A stretch of 48,696 nt of DNA from Octopus sinensis (Eukaryota): positions 1-48,696 of the forward strand of contig NW_021836819.1 in the NCBI RefSeq assembly GCF_006345805.1, in the 5' to 3' direction. The notes beneath the pieces were generated by a model. The model was not told the origin of the DNA. It did no database searches and saw nothing but the letters and a program-made list of their open reading frames with translations. How positions within the stretch are numbered: the first letter of the stretch is position 1; every line of letters starts with the position of its first letter. Shown in pieces: positions 1-11,934 of this stretch. A program made the translations under genes and the position numbers.

Positions 1-576
1 TGTATATATCGGTTAGAACGTTCCCTCCGGATTAATAGAGGAGATGTTTGTAAATATACCGTCGACCTATTAGCTATGCTGATATATTTATAGCTTCTCG
101 CTCAGCGGTGTGCTGACAGAATCGTTTGAGAATCGCACAAATACCAAATGTATTATGGTATGTTGTTACAATCATTTAACTCTTGATTTCCACTCTAACA
201 AAGGTCAGCTTTTGCCTCTAGTCCTTCTGACTTTGATAAAATAAAATAAAATGCAAACTATCAGCAAAAGTGAGATACATCTTCTAAACGATTGTGATAA
301 TAAACGCAAATGCTCAGCGCCACCTAGTTTGTGGTTGTCTCCCAAAGTTCTGCACACAAAGCATCGAGTTTGTTGCCTGTCGGCTGAATACGAATTTATA
401 TTCATATAGGCTTAGAATTTCTAAAGGTTCTTTTGTATTTCTTGAAATGAAATTTCAGAAGTTTGAAGGATATTATAATATTGGAAGAATTTCAACAGGA
501 AAGGAAGCAATTCAGTAAGTGTTGAGAATTTATTGGAAAACTCTCAGAACATGATAATCATATTTTCTTGCTTATT

Positions 577-750
577 CAGAGACATATATATACATCCATA
601 AATAATATATATATAGAGAATAGATATAATATAGATATAGATATATATATACATATATATCTACATATATATATATGTTTATATATATATATGTGTGTAT
701 GTGTATGTATATATATGTACATATATTATGTATTATATATACATTATATA

Positions 751-822
<72 letters not shown>

Positions 823-934
823 TATATTATATATATATATACTATATATATATATATATATATATAACGGCGGTACATCAGCATGGCCGCAGCTCTGAGC
901 TGAAACTAGAAAATGATAGTATATATATAATAAT

Positions 935-1019
<85 letters not shown>

Positions 1020-1025
1020 CTATAT
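577..1025. repeat. (TA)n-dominated compound microsatellite interrupted by a ~47 bp SINE 3'-end relic at 868-914
   Basis: Direct reading. 868-914 (ggcggtacatcagcatggccgcagc...gaaactag) resembles the GGCGGTGCTCCAGCATGGCCGCAG tail of the SINE-B copies in this window. Confidence 0.9.
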
Positions 1026-3050
1026 GGTACAGTCCCTTCCAGACCTAGAGTTACGTGGTGGTGGAATAGTGCAGTAGACAAAGCCATTAGTGCAAAGAAA
1101 CAGGCCTGGAAAGCCTGGAGGGATGGGGGAAACAGGGAACTGTACCAGGTAGCCAAAAGGGACGCTGGGCGGCAGGTATACATAGCCAAAGATGTAGCAG
1201 AAAAGAAGAAGTTTGCCAATGTCCAGCGACGTGAGGACCAAAGAGCTGAGGTATTGCCAGACAGTGTGTGAGAGAAAATAGTGATGTTACAGGAGAAAAA
1301 TGTGTCCGCATGGATGATGGTGCACTTGCTTTTAATGTTGGTGAAAAGAAAGAGGCTTGGAGAAGCCATTATGAAAGACTGCTGAATGTGGAGAATGAAT
1401 GGGAGGAGGAGAGCCTGCCAAATGTTGACCCAGTAGAGGGACCAGCTATCCGAATAGACAGCTCCCTTGTAGTTAAGGCAATTAAGGATATGAAACCAGG
1501 TAAAGCCCCCGGCCCATCAGGAATCACTGCTGAGATGCTTAAAACAGCTGGCTATGTGGGCTATGGCCTAGTCACCCGCATTGTAAACCAGGTAGTTCAT
1601 AATGGAGTCATACCCAATGACTGGCGTAGCAGCACCATAGACAACTGCTACAAGGGTAAGGGTGATGCTCTAGATAGAAATAACTACAGGGGTATTAAAC
1701 TGTTGGATCAGGTGATGAAGGTCACACAGAGGGTCATAACCCATCTCATTAGGGAGAGAATTTGCTTAGATGAGATGCAGTTCGGTTTTGTGCCGGATGC
1801 TATATTCCTGGTCCGACAACTGCAGGAGAAGTACCTAGCTAAAGATAAACCCCTCTACATAGCTTTTGTGGACTTGGAGAAAGCCTTTGACAGGGTCCCC
1901 CGATCCCTTAGCTGGTGGTCGATGCGGAAACTGGAGATTGACGAATGGCTAATAAGGGCTGTACAGGCCCTATACAGAGAGGCTGTCAGCAAGGTTAGGA
2001 TTGGCAACGAGTATAGTGAAGAATTCCGGGTAGAAGTAGGTGTACACCAATGCTCAGCCCTCAGTCCCCTTTTATTCATCATAGTCCTTCAGACAATAAC
2101 AGAGGAATTCAAAACAGGATGCCCCTGGGAGGTCCTCTATGCTGATGACCTGGCTCTCATAGCAGAATCACTACCGGAACTAGAAAAGAAATTTCGGGTG
2201 TGGAAGCAAGGGTTAGAATCAAAGGGCCTTAGAGTAAATGTAGCAAAGACCAAAGTTATAGTAAGCAGAAAGGCGAACTCAGCACACACACCCTCGGGCA
2301 GGTAGCCCTGCTCGATCTGTAGGAAAGGTGTAGGTAGAAACTCTATAAGATGCACCCAGTGTAAGCTATGGACGCATAAGAGGTGCAGCAACATCAAAGG
2401 GAAATTAACTGATAAGATAGCTTTCATGTGCGGCAGATGCACAGGGACAATAGACACCACAGATACTCAGAAAACAGATTCCATCACACTCCAGGGGGAA
2501 AAACTAAAAGTAGTTGATAGTTTCCGCTACCTGGGTGACCAAGTTAGTAGTGGAGGTGGATGCTCAGAGAGTGTCACCACTAGAATACGAATAGCCTGGG
2601 CAAAGTTCAGAAAGCTCCTACCCCTACTGGCGACAAAGGGTCTCTCACTCAGAGTGAAAGGTAGATTGTATGATGCATGTGTGCGAACTGCCATGCAGAG
2701 GACATGCGTAGACTTGAAAGGAATGAAGCTAGCATAATCCGCTGGATGTGTAATGTCAGTGTGCGCGCACGACAGAGGGTAAGCACCCTGAGAGAAATGC
2801 TGGACATAAGAAGCATCAGATGTGGTGTGCAAGAGCGACGTTTGCGATGGTATGGTCATGTACTGCGGATGGATGAGGAGAGATGTGTGAAGAAGTGCCA
2901 TTCCCAAACAGTTGAAGGTATCAGGGGGAGAGGTAGACCCAGGAAGACATGGGATGAGGTAGTCAAGCATGACCTCAGAGCATTGGGCCTCACTGAGGCA
3001 ATGGCGAAGGACCGAGATCTCTAGAGATATGCTGTGACTGCAAAGACCCG
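1026..3050 (+). pseudogene. Disabled RTE ORF (reverse transcriptase with PHD insert)
   Basis: Frameshift near 1255; apparent short in-frame deletion in QFGFVP^DAIF; TAG at 2303-2305; deletion/frameshift near 2696 (VRTAM joins EDMRRLERNE in another frame); TAG at 3022-3024. Confidence 0.9.
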
Positions 3051-3194
3051 GGCTGCTTCCTGCACCAGTTCCGCATAGCCCCTGCCCATTCAAAGTACCT
3101 TGGATTCCAGAACATCCTGCTGTGCTTGAGGAGACCTGTTGAGTCAAGTACATGAACATCGAAATAAATATCAATGGAATAGTAGTTGTGATTC

Positions 3195-3478
3195 CCGTGC
3201 CGTAGCAACAAAAAAGCACCATCCGAACGTGGCCGTTGCCAGCGCCGCCTCCGACGGCTCTGTGCCGGTGGCACATAAAAAGCACCATCCGAACGTGCCG
3301 ATGCCAGCGCTGCCGACTGGCTCCAGTGCGCGGTGGCACATAAAAATCACCATCCGAACGTGGCCGATGCCAGCGCCGCCTTGGCTGGCTTCCGTGCCAG
3401 TGGCACGTTACAAGCACCAACCGATGGTGGCCGATGCCGGACCCCCTGGCACCTGTGCAGGTGGCACGTAAAAAGCAC
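3195..3478 (+). repeat. ~65 bp tandem repeat (about 4.5 units) in the RTE 3'UTR
   Basis: Repeated gtgccggtggcacataaaaagcaccatccgaacgtggccgatgccagcgcc units; most carry a gtgcc-NNN-ggcac mini-hairpin. Confidence 0.85.
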
Positions 3479-3677
3479 CCACTACACTCGCGGAATGGTT
3501 GGCGTTAGGAAGGGCATCCAGCTGTAGAAACTCTGCCAGATCAGACTGGAACTTGGGGCAGCCCCCGGCTTCCCAGACCCCGGTCGAACTGTCCAACCCG
3601 TGCTAGCGCGGAAAACGGACGTTAAACGATGATGATATGCTTATATACATATATATAATATACATATATATATATAC

Positions 3678-3708
<31 letters not shown>

Positions 3709-3939
3709 ATATATATATACATATATATACGTACATATATGTGTGTGTTATATATACATATTTGTAAATGTGTGTGTGTGTGTGTTGGGATCATTTCCCG
3801 CGTCGGTTACAAGAAAGTAGAATCTGCTATGAATATGTAAATATGATTATACATTCATACCAAACGGTTGTTCTTTGTAAGCGAAGTTTGTCGACTCTGT
3901 TTATCTGCCTACGCATCACCTTCCGCGATGAATGTTAAA

Positions 3940-3994
3940 GATAATGATGATTATGATGATGACGATAACGACGACGACGACGACGACGACGACG

Positions 3995-4028
<34 letters not shown>

Positions 4029-4280
4029 AATGAGGAGGAGGAGGAGGAGGAGGAGGAGGAATGGTGGATGACAATAACTGAAATGGCCGATTATGACTAA
4101 AATGAATGATGACGATATCGAAAGACAGACGATATTGATGTCGGTGTTGTTAGTCGTGGTTGTGATGATGATGATGATGATCATCATCATCATCATCATC
4201 ATCACGATCATGATGATCATGGTTTGTGGTGGTGGCGGCGGTGGTGGTGTGATGATGATTGTTATTATTATTATTATGTC
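3940..4280. repeat. Compound trinucleotide microsatellite (GAT/GAC/GAG/CAT/GGT/TAT)
   Basis: Direct reading; it accounts for the poly-D/M/R/I ORFs. Confidence 0.95.
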
Positions 4281-4621
4281 AATGACACTGTGAGTGAGTT
4301 ACTAACTACGTCAATGCTTTGTCGCTAACATACGACTAATACTTTTTTTTTTCTTCCTGTAAAGCTATTTTTTCGTTCTTGGTTTTTTTTTTGGGGGGGG
4401 GGGGTTGGCTTTTTATTCTTTCTTTCTTAGAGGAATTCAGCACACACATTCCAATCAACCAGATTCAATAAATACCGAAAACACATGTCAAAAACACATC
4501 TGATGGTCATAACAGAGACTTGCTAAAGATATTTCATCTCCATGTCACATATAATATATTCAAATTAATATAGCTCTCACTCTTTCTGTATATACAAACG
4601 GACATATAGACAGATAGAAAA

Positions 4622-4660
<39 letters not shown>

Positions 4661-4679
4661 TATAGATAGATAGATAAAG

Positions 4680-4718
<39 letters not shown>

Positions 4719-4732
4719 TAGATAGATAGATA

Positions 4733-4800
4733 TGTTTCTTTATTAGCCACACAGGGCTGCACACAGATAGTACAAATTACAAGGTAGAGCTTTTCTTTTG
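4733..4800 (-). mobile_element. ~70 bp 3'-terminal mini-copy of the Tx1-like LINE inside a (GATA)n array
   Basis: Near-identical to 4846-4912 with a few substitutions (acagatagtac vs acatatagaac); GATA repeats on both sides. Confidence 0.85.
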
Positions 4801-4845
4801 AAGATAGATAGATAGTTAGATAGATAGATAGATAGATGATAGATA

Positions 4846-6895
4846 TTTTCTTTATTAGCCACACAGGGCTGCACACATATAGAACAAATTACAAGGTAGA
4901 GCTTTTCTTTTGGGGGAAAAAAAAGAGAGTGGTGGTTTTCGATCAAAAGGGATCGTAAAAGGAAAGAAAAAGGACAAAAAAAGAGAGGGGTTAAAAAAAG
5001 GCGGGGGGGAGAAAAAAAATGAATAATAGGGATCGTTATCACAGAAATGTCAATATGAAGTGTAAAGGGGAGGACAGGTGAGGTTTACCCGTGGAAAGAA
5101 AAGCCTACGGAAAAGACCACGGTCAATGAAGTCACATGTTATATTTCTTTTTTTTTTTTTTGCAAATAAGCAACCCTCAGTATTAATTTTTATGGTTCAT
5201 AGAATCATAGTCAAGGTGGCTTCGTCATTCATACGTGCCATCCTTGCTACATTCACCCATCTTTTTTTAAAACATTCACTAGACAAAACTTGCCTCTCTA
5301 CTCTCACTTTCCTCTTCAAGTGATACTTGAAGAAGTTGATGAGAGATTGACCAGAGAGGAAAGTGTTTGTCTCTATCCTTTCAGGCGCGTCCACCAGATA
5401 CATTCTTTCGCCATAGCCACAAGTATGATAAAAATAGCTCTTCCTTCCCGTTTGAAGGAAGGAGGCGTGACGATATTAACGATAGACTCGGCTGATAACC
5501 GACACGTCCCACACGTGACAGCAGTCGTTCGACATAAGCCTCAGGTGGGAAATTGCTGGACACTGCACGATTGCGTGCAGAGCGGTTTCATCGCTCTGCC
5601 CGCATCTCGGGCAGGTCGGCCCCGTGTTTCTCGAGCCATGCCTATAGAGCTTATCCCGAACGGGTAGCGCTTCTCGGTAGCACCGCCAGGCCAGGGATCT
5701 CTGGAAGTTGTTCATAGGTCCCGGGCCGAAAGTCGTTTGAAACAGGCGGGTCAGGTATTCCTCGTCGACGCCCAGGTTTGCCCCGAGCTCGTCGTCGTAC
5801 CTCCCCTCCACTAATCCCCTATAGAATGCTTTGGTTGTGTTGAAGTCACTCAAGGTCAACCCGGGACGGCAGAGTTGCTTGAGAGCAACGCGACACTCGC
5901 GGTGCCATTCGCCCTTCCTCGGCCTCTTTTTGATCCACGACTGTAGTTCGGTCATGGAGACGTGTTGCGGGAATGCGTGCCTCACAAACGGCGACCACAC
6001 CTGTTCACCGTCGTCTACATAGAGCCGGAGATGTCGCAGTCTCAGCGCGTGTCTGCGCATCATCAACCACGGCATGCCCAGCCCTCCTTTTAACGGGTGT
6101 TGACAGCAAATGGATCGCCTGACCATCGGGACGCATCCTTTCCACAAGAAGCGGAAGAGGATGCGTTCTAGTTTGGTGATGGTAGGGTCGGGACAAGGTA
6201 CGACGGTCAGGCGGTAGTAGATGATGGACGCAATGTACGCGTTCACCACCTCCGCCCGACCTTTTAGGGACAGTTTCCTCTCGGCCCATTGCTGGGCGAG
6301 AGTGACCACCCTACTCGTTATCTCGTTCCAGTTCTTCTCCATTTGGAGGTCCGGACCGAACCAGACCCCGAGCAACTCAACCGGGCCGTCTGTCCAGCGT
6401 CCCACGACGGATGTACTGGTGGACGGCATGGGCTTGCTTCTCCAAGTGCCGAGCCGCAAGCCCACTGACTTTTCCCGGTTGATTTTTGCTCCTGTCACCG
6501 CTTCGTAGTCTTTCAGTGTCTCGCCGACCCGCTCGATGTGCTCGTGGCTTGACACTATGACGGTGACGTCGTCCGCGTATGCAGACACGCTCGTCCCGCA
6601 TCCCAATTCTCGCGGGATGCCCCTTAGAGTCGCCAGCTTCCGCAGTAGTGGCTCAAGAGTCAATACGTATAGAAGCGCCGAGAGGGGGCATCCCTGACGG
6701 ACCGAACGTGCAATGTCGAAGGGTCTCGATAGATGTCCATTTACGCGAATTACCGAACGGATGCCTCTGTACAAGGCAGCTATCCAGCCGCGGAAGACGG
6801 GACCGAAACCAGCCGCTCTCAGGACTGCCTCCAAGTATCGATGGTCTACCCTATCAAAGGCTTTCGATTGATCCAAGTTGATCAGGGCCCCACCC
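4846..6895 (-). mobile_element. 5'-truncated Tx1/L1-clade LINE in a (TATC)n array
   Basis: Minus strand encodes LDQSKAFDRVDH, SVRQGCPLSALLYVL, SAYADDVTV and a C-x2-C-x8-H-x4-C knuckle (CPRCGQSDETALHAIVQC). Stop at 5197-5199, ~350 nt 3'UTR ending ggctaataaagaaaa-(tatc)n, and a (TATC)n 5' flank. Confidence 0.92.
5197..6895 (-). pseudogene. Tx1-like ORF2 remnant (RT plus CCHC knuckle)
   Basis: Open for ~450 codons, then frameshifts after the CCHC knuckle (near 5540, and again before the terminal IETNTFLSG segment), as judged against the related copy at 9107-9505. The MFAHVC... N-terminus of the supplied ORF is microsatellite. Confidence 0.88.
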
Positions 6896-6909
6896 ATAGA
6901 TAGATAAAG

Positions 6910-6979
<70 letters not shown>

Positions 6980-7339
6980 TTAGTACGTATACATATATAT
7001 ATATATAGATATATATATGTGTGTGTTTGTGTGAGTGTGTGTGTGTGCGTGTGTGGGTGCGTGTGTGTGCGTGTGTCACTCATACAGACATGCGCAAACA
7101 CATAGATACATGCAAAGATAAGAAGTTAGACGGACAGATATATTATATATACATGTGTGTGTGTGTGCGTGTGTGTGTGTATGTGTGTGTGTGTGTGTGT
7201 GTGTGCGTGCGTGTGTATTTCATTATTCAGTTTATTTCAAGATTTCTTGCCCATAGAGAAATAACCGGTTTCTAGCCTAGATCCAAGACGCCTTCATTAG
7301 AATTTCAACATCAACAACAGGTTACTTTTGTTTTGCTTT

Positions 7340-7834
7340 ATATGTATACATGTATGTATGTATGTATGTATGTATGTATGAATGTATGTATGCATGTATG
7401 TATGTATGTATGTATGAATGTATGTATGTATGTATGTATGTATGTATGTATGTATGTATGTATGTATGTATGTATGTATGTATGTATGCATGTATGTATG
7501 TATGTATGTATGAATGTATGTATGTATGTATGTATGCATGTATGTATGTATGTATGTATGCATGTATGTATGTATGTATGTATGAATGTATGTATGCATG
7601 TATGTATGTAATGTATGTATAGTATGTATGTATGCATGTATGTATGTATGTATATGTATGTATGCATGCATGTATGTATGTGTGTGTATGTATGCAGTAT
7701 GTATGTATGTATTTATGTATGTATGTATGTGTATGTATGTATGTATGTATGTAGTATGTATTTATGTATTATGTATGCATGTAGTATGTATGTATGTATG
7801 TATGTATGTATGTATATGTATGTGTGTATGTATG

Positions 7835-7866
<32 letters not shown>

Positions 7867-7910
7867 TGTATGTATGTATGTATGTATGTATATGTATGTG
7901 TGTATGTATG

Positions 7911-7942
<32 letters not shown>

Positions 7943-8245
7943 CGTATGTATGTATGTGCGTATGTATGTATGTATGTATGTATGTATGCATGTATGTATG
8001 TATGTATGTATATGTATGTATTTATGTATGTATGTATGCATGTATGTATGTATGTATGTATGTATTTATGTATACATGTATGCATGTATGTATGTATGTA
8101 TGTATGTATGTATTTATGTATACATGTATGCATGTATGTATGCATGTATGTATGTATGTTTGTTTGTATGTATGTATGTATGTATGTATATACGTATGTA
8201 TGTATGTATGTATGTATGTATGTATGTATGTATGTATGCATATGT
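7340..8245. repeat. ~900 bp (TATG)n microsatellite
   Basis: Direct reading; source of the MYVC/HTYI ORFs. Confidence 0.97.
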
Positions 8246-8324
8246 GCAGATTTTTATTTTTTGTTTTGATGTATGTATCCTCATGCATATAGCTATATAT
8301 CTAGACATGTTCATATATACATGA

Positions 8325-8875
8325 ATGATAAACGTCTGATAAGTTTTAAAGATTTTTACAGTTCCAGTGATGGATTGTATCTTTAGTCTTCGAATTAGCT
8401 TTCTCCTTTCTGGTTTTAAAAAGCCTAATTTCTTAAGATTGGTATCTAGGCGGCGATCTGGCAGAAACGTTAGCACGCCGGGCGAAATGCTTAACGGTAT
8501 TTCGTCTGCGTTACGTTGTGAGTTCAAATTCCGCCGAGGTCGACTTTGCCTTTCATCCTTTCGGGGTCGATAAATTAAGTACCAGTTACGCACTGGGGTC
8601 GATGTAATCGACTTAATACCTATGTCTGTCCTTGTTTGTCCGCTCTGTGTTTAGCCCCTTGTGGGTAATAAAGAAATAGGTATCTAGGCAGTGGGACACA
8701 TATCCCAGGGCCCCAATAATTACAGGTATAAACCTGAATTTGTAATCTGGATAGAGTAATTGCAGTTCAGCATAGGTATTCTCTTTTTCACTGATCTTCT
8801 GCTTTATGCTAACATCTGCTAGGCAGCTAATTTCTACAACTGTGCACAGTTTCTCTTTTCTGTCCCAAATCACTA
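8325..8875 (-). mobile_element. 3' fragment of an R4/Dong-like LINE (restriction-like endonuclease C-terminus) split by a SINE
   Basis: IWDRKEKLCTVVEISC...FIPVIIGALGYVSHCLD, then after removing the SINE, TNLKKLGFLKPERRKLIRRLKIQSITGTVKIFK. This matches the D..E/D...K, PVVIGALG pattern of RLE LINEs. Confidence 0.8.
8449..8682 (+). mobile_element. SINE-A, beta (Tx1-like) tail, with 11 bp TSD
   Basis: Head ggcggcgatctggcagaaacgttagc, box-B-like gagttcaaattcc, core gcctttcatcctttcggggtcgataaa. GGTATCTAGGC is duplicated at 8441-8451 and 8679-8689. Confidence 0.9.
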
Positions 8876-8997
8876 AATGTCACACACCAGAGGAGGTGTA
8901 GCAAAATAACAGTATAGCAAAATAACAGTGTAGCAAAATGGCGATCAAAAGGACCGTATATCAAAGAAGAATTTTTAAAATGTAAGAAGCAAGATTA

Positions 8998-9506
8998 TGT
9001 TTATCCGTGGAAAGAAAATCCTACGGAAAAGACCACGGTACCTCAGGCATGTAGGGAATAAACACATGACAGCAAAGTGCTCTCTCTCTCTCTCTCTCTC
9101 TTCGATTTACAGGATCATGCTCAAAGTGGTTTCGTCACTGTCACGCGCCATCTTTACTACATTCACCCACCTTGTTTTGAAACTTTCACGAGACAAAACC
9201 TGCCTCTCCATTCTCAGCTTCCTTCTCAAGTGGTACTTGAAAAAGTTGATGAGCGATTGGCCAGAGAGGTAAGTGTTTGTCTCTAAACCTTTCGCTCGAG
9301 TCCACCACACACATTCTTTCACCATGGCCACCAGTACGATGAAGACTGCCTTGCCTTCCCGGTTGAGGGAAGGTGGCGGTGCAACTCTGACGATAGACTC
9401 GGCCGACAGGCGGACTCGGCCCACACATGACAGCAGCTGTTCGGCATAAGCCCACAGGCCCGAAATGGGTGGACACTGCACGAGTCGTACAGAACGGTTT
9501 CGTCGA
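8998..9506 (-). mobile_element. 3' fragment of a second, diverged Tx1-like subfamily
   Basis: VQCPPISGLWAYAEQLL...NFFKYHLRRKLRMERQVLS...TLSMIL aligns with the 5197-5560 C-terminus; the 5' junction abuts (GACA)n/(GATA)n. Confidence 0.88.
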
Positions 9507-9533
9507 CAGACAGAGACACACAGAAAGACAGGC

Positions 9534-9572
<39 letters not shown>

Positions 9573-10709
9573 TACATACATACATACATACATACATACA
9601 TACATAGAGACGCACACGACATACAGACAGATAAATAGACAGATAGCTAGATAATTAGATAGAGAGTGAGAGACAGACAGACAGATAGATAGACAGATAG
9701 CTAGATAATTAGATAGAGAGTGAGAGAGAGAGACAGACAAACAGGTAGTTATCTATCTTTCTATTTATTTAGATAGATATATAGAGACACACACACACAG
9801 ACATACCGATAGATAGATACATACATACATACATACAGACAGACAGACAGTCAGACAGACAGAGACAGACAGACAAAAATACATAAATAGAGAAACAGAC
9901 AAATAGAAAGATTCACATTAATAGAAAGACGTCTTTGATTGTTTCCCTATAATTGCCAAATCTTAAAGCTGTGAAACAAGTGTTTGAAATAACGATTTTG
10001 TAACAGCTTTTGACTTCATCCTTCTCTTTTGAAAGAAACATCTATCAGAGATACCAGCAGCATTTGGTACAATAATAATCAATTATTCTTAAGCAACAAT
10101 ATGTCTCTTTAGTTTTTATTTTTTTATTTATTGTCTTTATATATATATATTTTTTTTGTAGTTATTTATTTATTTATTTATTTTTGGCAACTCAAATGAA
10201 AATACAGTGATGAGATTGGACGCAATTATAGATTTCTAGAAGATAGATTAATAAAAAAAAATTAGATTTATTCTGGAAAACAGAAAATTATTCTGAAAAA
10301 AATAAGAAACATTTATTGTCGTTCCTTTTTTCTTTTTTTTTTTTGATATTTTTGATATTACATTTTGCTGTTTTTGTATAGAATTTAAATAAGGAGAAAA
10401 TGTATAATGTAAAACAAAAAACTTCTCAAATAAACACAGAATATTTAAAAGTATGTGTGAACCCAAGTGCCTATGATAAAATTATGCAGAAGACAGGAAT
10501 TATATCGTTAGTGAAACTAAAAATTAAATTAAGTATAACAAAATAAAATTCTGACTGCGTCTCGTTTATCGAATTCCAATCTTGATGGTTGCCAAGTCAT
10601 ATTTACATACAGAATATACATATATATATATATATACACATACATGTACTTATATATGCGTGTATGTGTGTGTATACATATATATACATATACACATCTC
10701 ACATGTCTG

Positions 10710-10757
<48 letters not shown>

Positions 10758-10824
10758 TGTACGTATGTATACATATATATGTATGTATGTATACATATGC
10801 GTGTATGTGTGTGTGTGTGTGTGC

Positions 10825-11152
10825 GAAGGCGCAAGGCTCAGTGGTTAGAGCGTCGGGCTCACAATCATGAGGTAGTGAGTTTGATTCCCGGACTGGGCTG
10901 TGTGCTGTGTTCTTGAGCAAAACATTTTATTTCACGTTGCTCCAGTTCACTCAAGTGTAAAAATGTGCTGCGACGTCAGTGATGCCAAACTGTATCAGCC
11001 TTTGCCTTTCCCTTGGATAACATCAGTGGCGGCGTGGAGAGAGGAGGCTGGTATGCATGGGTGACTGTTGGTCTTCCATAAACAACCTTGCCCGGACTTA
11101 TGTCTCGGAGGGGCACTTTCTACTAGGTGCAGTCCCATCATTCATGACTCGT
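10825..11152 (+). mobile_element. SINE-C (tRNA-derived head)
   Basis: Box-A-like ggctcagtggttagagc and box-B-like gagtttgattccc; colinear with 43397-43702. Confidence 0.85.
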
Positions 11153-11160
11153 CGTTTGTT

Positions 11161-11220
<60 letters not shown>

Positions 11221-11489
11221 GCACACACTCACACACACACACACATCTGATGTCAATGGAAATTTCTACAGTTAAGTAGAAAGACAAGCACAGAGATAAA
11301 TTGATAGAGAGAGAGGGAGGTATATTTAATTGCCTTTTATTAGCAATCTGTTGTCTTAAACCTATTGGCACTCAAAAGGGGTGTTTTTTAAAGAAATTCC
11401 TGGAATTTTTGCTTATCGATATTGTTTAATCCTAGGTCGCCTTAGTCAGAAAACGCCTATGATCAAAAGCATTCTAGTCGTGAATTCTG

Positions 11490-11934
11490 CAGCAAGAACA
11501 AATCTTGTTGCCAAAAATGAAATCACTGAGATGGCAAGAAACTACAGGCCTATTGCTTGCCTAAATATTATGTACAAACTGTACACAAGACACCTCAACT
11601 AATTCCTCCAGGACCATTGTGAGTCGAACAATATTGTGACTGGTGGAAAGAAGGGAGTGTGGGGATGTGCTGAACAACTTTTAATAAACAAAGCTGTGCT
11701 GTCTGAAATAAGAAAACAACGCAGAAACCTTATAACAGTAAGGCTTGACTATAAGAATGCATTCTACTCTATCCCTCATACATGGATGTTAAAGTGGCAA
11801 AGGTACCTGCTACTTTAATTGCTGCAAAAGAGAGACTCGCAAAGACATGGACAACTATTCTAACCCTTACAACTGAGTACAGAATAATTGTTTCTAAGAG
11901 TACAGGCATTACAAAGGGAATATTCCAGGGAGAT
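11490..11934 (+). mobile_element. Degenerate R4/Dong-like RT fragment
   Basis: NYRPIACLNIMYKLYT, GCAEQLLINKAVL, LDYKNAFYSIPHTW and GIFQGD across stops and frameshifts. Confidence 0.8.

Larger units (their letters stand above)
1026..3636 (+). mobile_element. 5'-truncated RTE-clade LINE (linker, RT, PHD insert, C-terminus, 3'UTR, (GAT)3 tail)
   Basis: Translation gives WWWNSAVDKAI, then NNYRGIKLL, QFGF, FVDLEKAFDRVPR, GVHQCSALSPLLF, LYADDL, LRVNVAKTK, FRYLG, RRLRWYGHVLRM and GRGRPRKTW. It ends ggacgttaaacgatgatgat, a short-repeat tail typical of RTE, and both sides are TA tracts. Confidence 0.95.

Noticed and set aside
3951-4293. Poly-D/M/R and hydrophobic ORFs
   Set aside because: Products of the trinucleotide microsatellite.
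7297-8324. Long MYVC/HTYI ORFs, and the similar YI, CV, LSIY, HT and DRQT ORFs throughout the track
   Set aside because: They are translations of microsatellites that lack stop codons in some frames.
9965-10010. 8 bp inverted repeat enclosing GAAA and a UA triplet
   Set aside because: The CUGANGA core is absent and would need an ad hoc deletion.
10825-10900. tRNA-like sequences at SINE heads (also 15553, 36941, 43397)
   Set aside because: They lack a complete acceptor stem and run into SINE bodies, so they are not tRNA genes.
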